Below are positions 1 to 9,302 of a stretch of DNA of 64,000 bases, one piece after another; positions within the stretch are counted from its first letter, which is position 1, and each line of letters begins with the position of its first letter. The translations under genes and the position numbers were made by a program. The stretch comes from an uncultured Candidatus Rokubacteria bacterium (lineage in GTDB: Bacteria > Methylomirabilota > Methylomirabilia > Rokubacteriales > CSP1-6), in the NCBI GenBank assembly GCA_963762145.1, contig CAVXJS010000021.1:448001-512000 (forward strand), written 5' to 3'. The notes under the pieces were generated by a model, which saw only the letters and a list, made by a program, of their open reading frames with translations, was not told where the DNA came from and did no database searches.

Positions 1-645
1 CCCGGAGCCGAGCAGGACCACCGAGGTCGGCTCGGGCGTGGCGGTGATGTTATCGACGCCGAGGGATCCGGTGATGGCCTCGCTCTGGAGCGACGCGGCC
101 ACGGCCTGATAGAGCTGGAGCTCCGCCGTGCTGTGCAGCACGGCGCTCACGCTCCCGATCGCGGGCGTGAGATCCGACGCCGAGATCGGGAACAATCCGG
201 TCACCCAGTCGCCGCCGGTGGGAAGCAGGAAGGCCATCGTCGAGAACGCCGCGTTCGTGGGGGCCCCGCCGATCACATCGGACAGGAGCAGCCGGAGCGA
301 GAGGTCGCTCGGGCCGAGGTTCCGCAGATCCATCCGGATGCCGGTGATGCCGGCGGCGGCGAAGTCGCCGGTCCACTGACGGATGTTGATCGCGCTCAGG
401 CGGTTCCCGGGCCCGGCCCCGCTGACCGCGCTGATCAGCAGGAAGCTATCGCCCGCCCCGCCCGGCCCGCCCGTCGGGACATTCGCGGGCGGGCTCGGGT
501 TGAGCAGGTCGAGCAGCGACACGCTCCAGCCGTTGGTGGATCCGTCCTGGAAGGTATCTTGCTGGCCGATCGAGAGCCCCCAGGCGAGCCCGGGCGCGAC
601 GCCGATCAGGAGCAGCAGCACCATCAGTCGCAGCGCATGAGCCAT
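1..645 (-). CDS. PEP-CTERM sorting domain-containing secreted protein (3' end runs off the window)
   Basis: Manual translation from ATG 645: signal peptide MAHALRLMVLLLLIGVAPGLAWG, open frame to position 1 ending ...VDNITATPEPTSVVLLGSG (PEP motif followed by the start of a TM helix). Absent from the ORF track because the stop is outside the window. Confidence 0.85.
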   Translation of the reverse strand, partial: MAHALRLMVLLLLIGVAPGLAWGLSIGQQDTFQDGSTNGWSVSLLDLLNPSPPANVPTGGPGGAGDSFLLISAVSGAGPGNRLSAINIRQWTGDFAAAGITGIRMDLRNLGPSDLSLRLLLSDVIGGAPTNAAFSTMAFLLPTGGDWVTGLFPISASDLTPAIGSVSAVLHSTAELQLYQAVAASLQSEAITGSLGVDNITATPEPTSVVLLGSG

Positions 646-653
646 CGATGCTC

Positions 654-1849
654 TCAGTCTTTGGGCAGGCCGAGCACGCGCTCGCCCAGGATATTGCGGA
701 GGATCTCGGTGGTGCCCGCGCGGATGCCGCTGCCGCGGGCCAACAGACAGTAGAACTCCCATTCGCCCTCGTCCGGCGCCTGCGGGGCGCCCGGCATGAG
801 CTGCGAGTAGGGGCCGATGATCTCGGTGGCGAGCTCGGCCAGCTCCTGGTCGAGCTGACTCCAGAAGAGCTTCGAGGTCGAGCCCTCGGGCCCGGGCGCG
901 CCGCCGCGGAGGATCTTGGTCAGGCTGCGGTAGCCGTTGAGCTGGAGCACCCGCTCGCCGATGGACATGGCGGCGATCTTCTGGCGCACCACCGGGTCTT
1001 CCGACGCCGGGCGCCCCGTTCTTCATGGTGCGCCGGGCGAGCGAGAGCAGCTTGTGCAGCGCGGTGCGCAGGCTGATGTGGCGGATCATGGTGAGCACGT
1101 CGCGCTCGTAGGCCAGGGTGGTGAGCGCCACGCCCCAGCCCTCGTTCACCTTGCCCACCACGTTGGTGACGGGCACGCGCACGTTCTCGAGGAAGACCTC
1201 GTTGAACTCGGCCTCGCCGGTGATCTGGCGCAGCGGGCGGATGGTGAGGCCCGGGCTCTTCATGTCGACCAGCAGGAACGTGATGCCCTTGTGCTTGGCC
1301 GCGGTCGGGTCGGTGCGTACCAGGAAGAAGCCCCACGCGGCCACGTGGGCCATGCTCGTCCAGACCTTCTGGCCGTTCAGCACGTAGTGGTCGCCGTCCA
1401 GCACCGCGCGGGTCTGGAGGTTGGCCAGGTCGCTGCCCGCGTTCGGCTCGGAGAAGCCCTGGCACCAGATGTCCTCCGCGGTCAGGATGCGGTCGAGGTG
1501 CTGCGCGCGCTGGGCCGGGGTGCCGTGCTTCATCAGCGTGGGGCCCAGCATGCTGAGGCCGCTGCGGTTGAGCGGCTGCGGGCGCCCGCTGTGCGACAGC
1601 TCCTCGTAGAGGATGACCTGGTCCATGATGGAGGCGCCGCGGCCCCCGTACTCCGCCGGCCAGTCCATGCCCACGTAGCCCGCCTTGTGGAGCGCGCGCT
1701 GCCACTCGCGCAGGCGCTTGACCTCCTTCACGTCGGCGCGCGAGGAGGCGAAGCCGCGGCCCTTGAGATCGGCGGGCACGTTCTCGGCCAGCCAGGTCGC
1801 GGACCTCCTGGCGGAAGTCCTGCTGCTCCTGCGTGAAGTCGAAGTCCAT
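654..1849 (-). CDS. Acyl-CoA dehydrogenase family protein (frameshifts near 1795 and 1005)
   Basis: N-terminus MDFDFTQEQQDFRQEVR; internal WCQGFSEPNAGSDLA, NGQKVWTS and FNEVF; C-terminus GTTEILRNILGERVLGLPK. Pieces lie in different frames. Confidence 0.9.
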
Positions 1850-1861
1850 TGCGCTCCTACT

Positions 1862-1898
1862 CCCCTCTCCCCTCAGGGGAGAGGGCCAGGGTGAGGGG
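1862..1898. repeat. REP-like palindrome, family A (CCCTCTCCCC..GGGGAGAGGG + CAGGGTGAGGGG)
   Basis: cccctctcccctcaggggagagggccagggtgagggg; the same motif recurs at 2337, 33673 and 56097. Confidence 0.8.
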
Positions 1899-1906
1899 CG
1901 GTCTCA

Positions 1907-2326
1907 TCACACGGTCCCCGCCGCATCGGGCCGGGTGACCACCCCGTTGATCCTCCACCCGTCCTCCCAGATCAGCTCGTACAGCGCCTCGACGGCCTGT
2001 CCGTTCGCGCCGCGGATCTTCACGGTGACGTACGCGAGGCCGGGCGAGTCCAGCTCCGTCTTCGTCACCGTCGCGAACGTCGAGCGCGCGATCTCCGGGT
2101 AGCCGCGGCGCACCATGGTCTCGAAGGCGGCGCGATCGAACTGCGCCCGGATCATCCCCGAGGCGAACGTGAAGGCGGCGTCGAAGTCGTCGCGGCGGAA
2201 CGCCTCGAGCTGCTTCACCACCGGCTCGGCGGCGCCCTTGGGGTCGGTCCGGTCCGCCTGCGCCCAGGCGACGGCGCAGAGCGGAAGCAGGACCAGCGCG
2301 AGGCCGAGTACGATCCGATTCATCAT
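1907..2326 (-). CDS. DUF4864-like secreted protein
   Basis: Signal peptide, then QLEAFRRDDFDAAFTFAS...FETMVRRGYP...WRINGV, typical of DUF4864. Confidence 0.75.
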   Translation of the reverse strand: MMNRIVLGLALVLLPLCAVAWAQADRTDPKGAAEPVVKQLEAFRRDDFDAAFTFASGMIRAQFDRAAFETMVRRGYPEIARSTFATVTKTELDSPGLAYVTVKIRGANGQAVEALYELIWEDGWRINGVVTRPDAAGTV

Positions 2327-2336
2327 TCCTTTTCTC

Positions 2337-2445
2337 CCCCTCACCCTGCCCTCTCCCCCTCCGGGGGCGAGGGTAAATCAACCTCTCCCCTCCGGGGCGA
2401 GGGTAAGTAACCCTCTCCCCTCTGGGGAGAGGGCAGGGTGAGGGG
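2337..2445. repeat. Composite family-A REP/MITE-like element: perfect 22-bp terminal inverted repeats enclosing three hairpin units
   Basis: cccctcaccctgccctctcccc (2337-2358) is the reverse complement of 2424-2445; three ctctcccc...gaggg units lie inside. Confidence 0.85.
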
Positions 2446-2450
2446 TGGTC

Positions 2451-3248
2451 TTAGTGCATCACCGAGCCGCCGTCGACGTTGAGCGCCTGGCCGGTGATGT
2501 TCCGCGCTTCCTCGGAGGCCAGGAACACCGCCGCGTGGCCGATGTCCTCCGGCGTCTGCTCGCGCTTCATCGGGATCACGTCGCCCACCCGCTTGTCGAA
2601 CACCTGCCGCGCGGTCATGCCGGTGAAGGCGGGGTTGGTGTCGGCGATGTGCTGGGCCAGCTTCTCCCAGAACGCGGTCCAGAGCACGCCCGGGCAGATC
2701 GCGTTGACGGTGACCCCGTGGGGCGCCAGCTCCTTGGCGATGACCCGCGTGAAGGTGATGACGCCGCCCTTGGCCACCGAGTAGGGCGGCATGGTCAGCG
2801 CCGCCAGCGGCCCCGCGATCGAGGCAATATTGATGATGCGCCCGGCCTTGCGCTCGATGAAGTAGGGCGCCAGCGCCTTGCACATGAGGAAGACCGACTT
2901 GAGGTTGACCGCGTAGGTCCGGTCCCAGTCCTCTTCCGTGTTGTTGGTGAACGGCATCCCGGGCGCCGACGCCATGCCCGCGTTGTTCACCAGGATGTCC
3001 ATCCGGCCCATCTCCTTCTTGATGCGGTCGACGGTGGCCTGCACCTCGGCCCCCTTGGTCACGTCGCAACGCATCGAGATGGCCCGGCGCCCCATCGCCA
3101 GCACTTCCTTCACCACCGACTCGGCATTGGCGTCCTGGATGTCGGGGATGGCGATGTCGGCGCCCTCCTTGGCCATGCACAGCACGATGCCCCGCCCGAT
3201 CCCGGCGCCGCCGCCCGTCACCACCGCCACCTTGCCCTGAAGCCTCAT
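2451..3248 (-). CDS. SDR family NAD(P)-dependent oxidoreductase
   Basis: TGGGAGIG, NNAG, YSVAK and NVDGG motifs. Confidence 0.95.
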   Translation of the reverse strand: MRLQGKVAVVTGGGAGIGRGIVLCMAKEGADIAIPDIQDANAESVVKEVLAMGRRAISMRCDVTKGAEVQATVDRIKKEMGRMDILVNNAGMASAPGMPFTNNTEEDWDRTYAVNLKSVFLMCKALAPYFIERKAGRIINIASIAGPLAALTMPPYSVAKGGVITFTRVIAKELAPHGVTVNAICPGVLWTAFWEKLAQHIADTNPAFTGMTARQVFDKRVGDVIPMKREQTPEDIGHAAVFLASEEARNITGQALNVDGGSVMH

Positions 3249-3382
3249 CGATCGTCTCCTCGCTGGGGTCGAAGCCCGGCGTCATTCTATACCGGGTGGA
3301 CGAGGTGCGCAGCCCGGTCCGCCCGCAATCCGCGGATGCCGTTGACGTGCGCGCGCCCGCGCTATAGCGTGGGGCCGCCGCC

Positions 3383-4030
3383 ATGACGTCACGCCGCGCC
3401 GCGCGAGTCCGGATCCTCGTCGCCGTCCTGGCCGGCGCCTGTCTCCTCGGGGCCGACTTCGGCCGGCCGGACCCGGCCAGCTTCACGCTGGGCCAGACGA
3501 CCGAGCAGGAGATCCGGGCGCGCTTCGGCAAGCCCGCCGGCGAGACGGCCGCCCGGGTGGGCGGCAAGCTCGTGACGACGCTCCGGTACGCGTACGCGGA
3601 GGCGCGGACGGTCACGGTGCCGGTGCGGACCATGGCCTACGCGTTCCACGAGGGGCGCCTGGTCGGGTTCGACTACATGAGCTCCTTCGCGTCGGATCAG
3701 ACCGTCTTCGACGAGCTGGGCGTGAAGCGACTCAAGCGCGGGGAGACGACGCGGACCGAGGCGCTCGACGTGATGGGCAAGCCGACCGGGCAGTTCATCT
3801 ATCCGTCGTCCTACGTCGGCGCGCCGGGCCGCCGCGCCGACGTCTACAGCCACTCGCGCAGCGAGAAGCTCTCCTCGGGCGCCACGCTCGAGACCACGAC
3901 GAAGGTCCTGACCATCACGTACGACGAGAACGACGTGGTCGTCGAGACCCACCTGGTGATCACCACGAGCGGCAAGCCCCTCAAGTTGACCCCGGATACC
4001 ATGCGCCCGCCCCAGGGAGGTCTCTCGTGA
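3383..4030 (+). CDS. Exported hypothetical protein with two SmpA/OmlA(BamE)-like repeats
   Basis: N-terminal signal; repeats FTLGQTTEQEIRARFGKP and LKRGETTRTEALDVMGKP; overlaps the next gene (GTGA). Confidence 0.65.
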   Translation: MTSRRAARVRILVAVLAGACLLGADFGRPDPASFTLGQTTEQEIRARFGKPAGETAARVGGKLVTTLRYAYAEARTVTVPVRTMAYAFHEGRLVGFDYMSSFASDQTVFDELGVKRLKRGETTRTEALDVMGKPTGQFIYPSSYVGAPGRRADVYSHSRSEKLSSGATLETTTKVLTITYDENDVVVETHLVITTSGKPLKLTPDTMRPPQGGLS

Positions 4031-5757
4031 GCACGCCCACGCTCCGCAGTCACAACTGGTTCGGCAAGAAGGACCTGGACGGCTTCGCCCACCGCTCGTG
4101 GATCAAGGCCGAGGGCTTCAGCGAGCTGATGTTCGACGGCCGGCCGGTGATCGGCATCGCCAACTCCTGGTCCGAGCTGACCAACTGCAACGCGCATCTC
4201 CGGCAGGTGGCGGAGGCGGTGAAGCGCGGCGTGCTCTCGGCGGGCGGCTTCCCGCTCGAGTTCCCGACCATCTCGCTGGGCGAGATCCTGATGAAGCCCA
4301 CCACCATGCTCTTCCGCAACCTGATGGCGATGGACGTGGAGGAGTGCATCCGCGCCTATCCGCTGGACGGCGTGGTGCTGCTCTCGGGCTGCGACAAGAC
4401 CACGCCCGCGATGCTGATGGGCGCCGCCTCCGCCGACGTGCCCGCGATCATGGTCACCGGCGGGCCGATGCTGCGCGGGCGCTGGAAGACCGAGGACATC
4501 GGCTCCGGCACCGACAACTGGCGCTTCTGGGCCGAGCGGCGGGCGGGACGGCTCAGCGAGGAGGAGTTCTGCGAGATCGAGGCGTGCCTCTCGCGCTCGG
4601 CCGGGCACTGCATGGTGATGGGCACCGCGTCCACGATGGCCTCGATGGCGGAGACGCTCGGCATGACCCTGCCGGGCAACGCGGCGATTCCCGCCGCCGA
4701 CTCGCGGCGGATGGCGCTCGCGGAGATGTCGGGGCGGCGCATCATGGAGATGGTGCGCGAGGACCTCAAGCCGTCCAAGATCCTGACCCGCGAGGCCTTC
4801 GACAACGCCATCCGCACCGGCATGGCCATCGGGGGCTCGACCAACGCGATCATCCACCTGCTGGCCCTCGCGGGCCGCGCGGGGGTGGATCTGGCGCTCA
4901 CGCGCTTCGACGAGCTCTCGCGCACCACGCCCATGCTGCTCAACGTGCGACCCTCGGGCAAGTACCTGATGGAGGATTTCTTCTACGCGGGCGGCCTCCC
5001 CGCGGTGCTGAAGGAGCTGATGCCGCTGCTGCACGGCGACGCGCTGACCGCGACCGGCCAGTCGCTCGCGGCCAACAACGAGGCCGCGGTCAACCACAAC
5101 CCGGACGTGATCCGCACCCTCGCGATGCCGATCCTGAACGAGGGCGGCACCGCGATCCTCACGGGCAACCTGTGCCCGGACGGCGCGGTGCTCAAGCAGT
5201 CCGCCGCCTCGCCGCATCTGCTCACCCACCGCGGGCGCGCGGTGGTGTTCGAGGATCACGCCGATCTGCACGCGCGCATCGACGACCCGGACCTGGAGGT
5301 GGACGAGACGTCGGTGCTGGTGCTCAAGCGCGTGGGCCCGAAGGGCGCGCCCGGCATGCCGGAGTGGGGCGCCGCGCCGATCCCGCGCAAGCTCCTGCAG
5401 AAGGGCGTGCGCGACATGGTGCGCATCTCCGACGCGCGCATGAGCGGGACGTCGTACGGGACGGTGGCGCTGCACGTCTCGCCGGAGGCCGAGGCGGGCG
5501 GGCCGCTCGCGCTCGTGCAGGACGGCGACGAGATCGAGCTGGACGTGCCCGACCGCCGGCTCACTCTCCGCGTGCCCGACGACGAGCTGGCCCGCCGCCG
5601 CGCGCAGTGGAAGCCGCGGCCGCCCCACTACACGCGGGGCTATGGCCGCCTGTTTCTCGACCACGTGCTCCAGGCCCACGAGGGCTGCGACTTCGACTTC
5701 CTGCGCGGCAAGACCCCGGTCCGCGCCGAAGACACCGCCGGCCCCAGCCACTCGTAA
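4027..5757 (+). CDS. IlvD/Edd family dehydratase (L-arabinonate/sugar-acid dehydratase-like)
   Basis: NCNAHLR, GCDKTTP, GHCMVMGTASTM and SDARMSGT motifs. Confidence 0.9.
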   Translation: MSTPTLRSHNWFGKKDLDGFAHRSWIKAEGFSELMFDGRPVIGIANSWSELTNCNAHLRQVAEAVKRGVLSAGGFPLEFPTISLGEILMKPTTMLFRNLMAMDVEECIRAYPLDGVVLLSGCDKTTPAMLMGAASADVPAIMVTGGPMLRGRWKTEDIGSGTDNWRFWAERRAGRLSEEEFCEIEACLSRSAGHCMVMGTASTMASMAETLGMTLPGNAAIPAADSRRMALAEMSGRRIMEMVREDLKPSKILTREAFDNAIRTGMAIGGSTNAIIHLLALAGRAGVDLALTRFDELSRTTPMLLNVRPSGKYLMEDFFYAGGLPAVLKELMPLLHGDALTATGQSLAANNEAAVNHNPDVIRTLAMPILNEGGTAILTGNLCPDGAVLKQSAASPHLLTHRGRAVVFEDHADLHARIDDPDLEVDETSVLVLKRVGPKGAPGMPEWGAAPIPRKLLQKGVRDMVRISDARMSGTSYGTVALHVSPEAEAGGPLALVQDGDEIELDVPDRRLTLRVPDDELARRRAQWKPRPPHYTRGYGRLFLDHVLQAHEGCDFDFLRGKTPVRAEDTAGPSHS

Positions 5758-5788
5758 GGGGTCGCCAGGCCGGGGTCATCGCCCGACC

Positions 5789-5875
5789 GGGGTCAGGTCT
5801 TACATTCACACATTGTCGGAATGTAAGACCTGACCCCCGGCTGCTGACCCTTGTGTGAATGTAAGACCTGACCCC
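5789..5875. repeat. REP/MITE-like inverted repeat, family B (GGGGTCAGGTCT...AGACCTGACCCC): one left arm, two right arms
   Basis: Left arm 5789-5812 pairs with 5819-5837 (19 bp) or with 5852-5875 (24 bp). Confidence 0.85.
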
Positions 5876-5890
5876 GCTGACTGCCTCGGG

Positions 5891-6232
5891 TTACTGCTGC
5901 TGCATGAGGGTGATCGCGGCCTTGGCCTTCTGCGAGGCTTCGGCCATGTTGCCCGCCTGGCAGTCCGTGTCGGCCTCCTTCACCAGGACCGCGGCCTCCT
6001 TCATCAAAGGAGGCACCGTGTCCTGACCCCGCGGCTTCTGGTTCTCCGGATCCGGCCGAGCGGTTGCATCGCGCGGGGTCTGGATCTCTCGATCGTTCTG
6101 CGTGGCGGCCACCCTGGACAGCATCGCCCGAGCCGAGTCGACCTCGGGGCATGCCGGCGCCGGTATGGCCGACGCGGTCGGAATCGTCAATGCGAATGCG
6201 AGACCCATGATCACGCCGGTGGTCTTGATCAT
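5891..6232 (-). CDS. Small secreted helical hypothetical protein with two cysteines
   Basis: SD AGGAG upstream, signal peptide, ACPEV...DCQAG; upstream sigma54-type promoter. Confidence 0.7.
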   Translation of the reverse strand: MIKTTGVIMGLAFALTIPTASAIPAPACPEVDSARAMLSRVAATQNDREIQTPRDATARPDPENQKPRGQDTVPPLMKEAAVLVKEADTDCQAGNMAEASQKAKAAITLMQQQ

Positions 6233-6286
6233 TGGTGGTCTCCTTTCTGAGGGCCCCCCGGATTCAGCCTTTGCGTTCTGGAAGTC

Positions 6287-6301
6287 GCATCGATTGTGCC
6301 A
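6287..6301 (-). promoter_or_regulatory. Putative sigma54 (-24/-12) promoter
   Basis: Minus strand TGGCAC-AATCG-ATGC, with GG-N10-GC spacing. Confidence 0.55.
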
Positions 6302-6415
6302 AGTTGCGGCCGCACCGGCAGAGAGCGGAACAGGCGAGGTTTGCGCGAGATGAACATGACCCTGGGCAGGGCCCCTGATTGGGCCCCGGTCAAGACGACA
6401 CAGTAAGGCTTACGC

Positions 6416-6465
6416 GGGGTCAGGACCTGCAGACGCGCAAATGTCGTAATTCAAGACCTGACCCC
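6416..6465. repeat. Family B element (degenerate left arm) overlapping the alkA 3' end
   Basis: ggggtcagga...aaatgtcgtaattcaagacctgacccc; 6439-6465 is identical to 9276-9302. Confidence 0.8.
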
Positions 6466-7902
6466 GCCCGCGACGCGGCGAGGCAGAGCGACAGCGCGGC
6501 ATAGGATCGCCACGGACGCAGCGTGGCCTGCGTGGCAGGGGTGCGCCACCACGCCCGCTGTCGCGGGCTCAGCGGCAGACGGTCCGCGAGATCGGCATCC
6601 GGCTCCGCCACGCTTCGCATCCCCACCCACCCGGCCGCCGAGCGATCGAGCCCACCCTCCGAGACGAGCGCGGCGACGAGCTCGTCGAACGCCATCCCGC
6701 CATCGAAGCGGATCCGGCCCTCGACCGCCGCGCCCGCCAGGCGACGGACGGCCAGCACGCCGGGCGGAGACAGGCCGACGCCTCGGAGCGATGCGCTCAC
6801 GAGACGCTCCGGGCCCGGGAACACGCGGGTCAGCTCCGGCCGGGCCGCGATCGCAACCGGTCGGCCCACGTGCTCGACCAGCATGCTCATCGCGGCACAC
6901 GCCCGCTCCGGGCCCACGTCCCGCTGGACGACCGCGCGGAGCGCGATCTCGAAGCCGTCCCACGAGCCGGGCAAGCGGAGACCGGACAGGCGGCGGCTCA
7001 CGCGCCGCGCCCGGATGCATACCGCCATCGCCTTCGCGATCTGAGCCGGATCCGCGGTCAGATCCAGCATCGTCTGCGCCCGCGCGATCACCGCTCCGAG
7101 CCCGGAGTGGTCCGGTAGCCACAGCGACAAGGAGAGCGCGCTCTCCCCACGGATCGGCGTGACCGCCAGCCAGCCGGTCACGTCTCCGAGAGACACGGTC
7201 CGGCAATACTCCGCGCCGGTGACGCGCTCGACACCCGGGACGGCTTCGAGGGCCAGCATCCGAAGCATGAGTCGCCAGTCGTACGGCGGCCGGTAGTTGA
7301 GCCGGAGCGAGATCACGTCGCCGACGTGACGAGGACTAGGCCGACGCCGGAGCCGCGACGGCGGCCAGCCGTACGCCTCGCGGAACGCGGCGTTGAACCG
7401 GCGGAGGCTCGCGAAGCCGGAGGCGAAGGCCACCTGCGTCACGGACAGATCCGTCTCGTCGAGCAGCCGCTTCGCCGTCTGCACGCGGCGGTTGCGCGCC
7501 AGGACCCCGGGCGGCGCCCCGCAGTGCTTGACGAACAGGGCGCGTGAGATGGCGCGCTCCCACGCCCATCGCGGCGGCGACGTCGGGGAGCCGCCGCTCG
7601 TCGAGCAGCCCACGGTTGATCAGCGCCAGGGCTCGCGACACGGTCGCTCCTGCTCCCCGCCAGGCCGGCGAGCCCGGCGCGGCCTCGGGTCGGCACCGGA
7701 GGCACGGCCGAAAGCCCGCCAGCTCCGCCGCCGGCGCGCTGATGAAGAACCGCACGTTCCGCGAGCGGGCGGGGACGACGGGGCACACGGGCCGGCAGTA
7801 GATGCCGGTGGTGCGCACGCCGGTGAAGAACCGGCCGTCGAAGCGACGGTCTCGCGCCAGTCGCGCCCGGTCACAGATTGCCTCGGAGGGGAGCCCGTCC
7901 AC
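6420..7902 (-). CDS. alkA: Ada metal-binding/AraC + AlkA N-terminal/DNA-3-methyladenine glycosylase fusion (frameshift near 7545-7560)
   Basis: GVRTTGIYCRPVC, GFRPCLRCRPE, AraC HTH (SGFASLRRFN), YRPPYDW and PWRSYAAL. Confidence 0.85.
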
Positions 7903-8002
7903 TCCGGTAATTCTAGCAGTGCGCGGGCCGCATCCGACGGCTCGGGCCGACGAGGTCCGAAACCGGCGAGCCGGCAGCGCCTCGCCGGCGCATCATCGGA
8001 TC

Positions 8003-9216
8003 ATGAAGCCGATCTTCCACGGCTGGTACGTCGTGGCCAGCGCCTTCTTCATCGCGGTCTGCGGGTGGGGGTTCGGCTTCTACGGGCCGGGCGTGTACCT
8101 CTCGGCGCTCCACGCCCAGCACGGGTGGCCCACCGCCCTGATCGCCTCGGCGGTCACGCTCTACTATCTGTGCGGCGCGACCTGGATCATCTTCATCGGC
8201 GACGCGGTCGACCGCTTCGGACCCCGGCGCATGGTGCTGGTCGGGGCGTGTGCGCTGGCCCTCGGCGTGGCCCTCCTCCCCGAGGCGCGCGCCCCGTGGC
8301 ACGTTCACGGCGCCTTCGTGGTGATGTCCCTGGGCTGGGCGACCATGAGCGGCGCCGCGATCAACGCGATCGTCGCGCCGTGGTTCGAAACCAAGCGCGG
8401 CCTCGCGATCAGCCTGGCCCTGAACGGGGCCAGCTGCGGCGGCGTGCTCGTGACACCACTGCTCGTCGGCCTCACCTCGAGGCTCGGGTTCCGCGCCGGC
8501 CTGTGGGTGGCCGTCGCCGTCATGCTGGTCGCGCTCGTCCCGGCTCTCGTCGTGCTTCGACGCGGACCGGCAGAGCTCGGCCTGCTACCGGATGGGGAGC
8601 CCCGATCCGGCAGCGGGCCGATCGCTCCGGGCTCGAGGAGCTCCGGCGAGGGGTGGAGTCGGCGGCGCCTGCTCCGCACCCCGGCCTTCCTCACCATCTC
8701 GATTCCGTTCGCCCTGGGATTGCTCGCGCAGGTGGGCTTCTTCACGCACCAGATCTCCTACCTGCTCCAGTTCGTCGGCACGCAGTCCGCCGCCCTCGCG
8801 GTCAGCCTGACCACCATTGCGGCAGTGCTCGGACGCCGGTCACGGGACTCATCGTGGATCGGCTCGACCGCCGGGTGGTGTCGGCGGCGAACTTCGCGGT
8901 CCAGATGGCGGCGCTTGGCCTCGCGGTGGTGGCCGAGACGGTGCCCGCGGTGTTCCTCGCGTGCATCCTCTTCGGGCTGGGAGCCGGCAACGTGATCACG
9001 CTGCCCTCGCTGATCGTGCAGCGCGAGTTCCCGCGCGAGCAGTTCAGCCGGATCGTGAGCCTCGTCGTGAGCATCAACCAGTTCACGTTCGCGTTCGGCC
9101 CGGCGATCCTGGGAGTCCTGCGAGACTGGTCCGGCAGCTACCGCACGTCCTTCCTCTTCTGCATCGTCCTGCAAGCCATCGCCGCCGCCCTCGTCCTCGT
9201 CGGCCGCAACCGATAG
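8003..9216 (+). CDS. MFS transporter (frameshift near 8835)
   Basis: Multiple TM segments, GDAVDRFGPRR motif A, WFETKRGLA; C-terminal part in a second frame. Confidence 0.85.
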
Positions 9217-9218
9217 CC

Positions 9219-9302
9219 GGGGTCAGGTCTTGAATTACGACGTTTCTACCGTCACGAGACGGGCTAGGCCCATGAAAATGTCGTAATTCAAGACCTGACC
9301 CC
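9219..9302. repeat. Family B element with perfect 23-bp inverted repeats between the convergent MFS and murQ genes
   Basis: ggggtcaggtcttgaattacgac (9219-9241) and gtcgtaattcaagacctgacccc (9280-9302). Confidence 0.9.

Noticed and set aside
2337-2445. Repeated units as a possible CRISPR array
   Set aside because: Units are palindromic REP-like sequences with only a few nt between them, no unique spacers and no cas genes.
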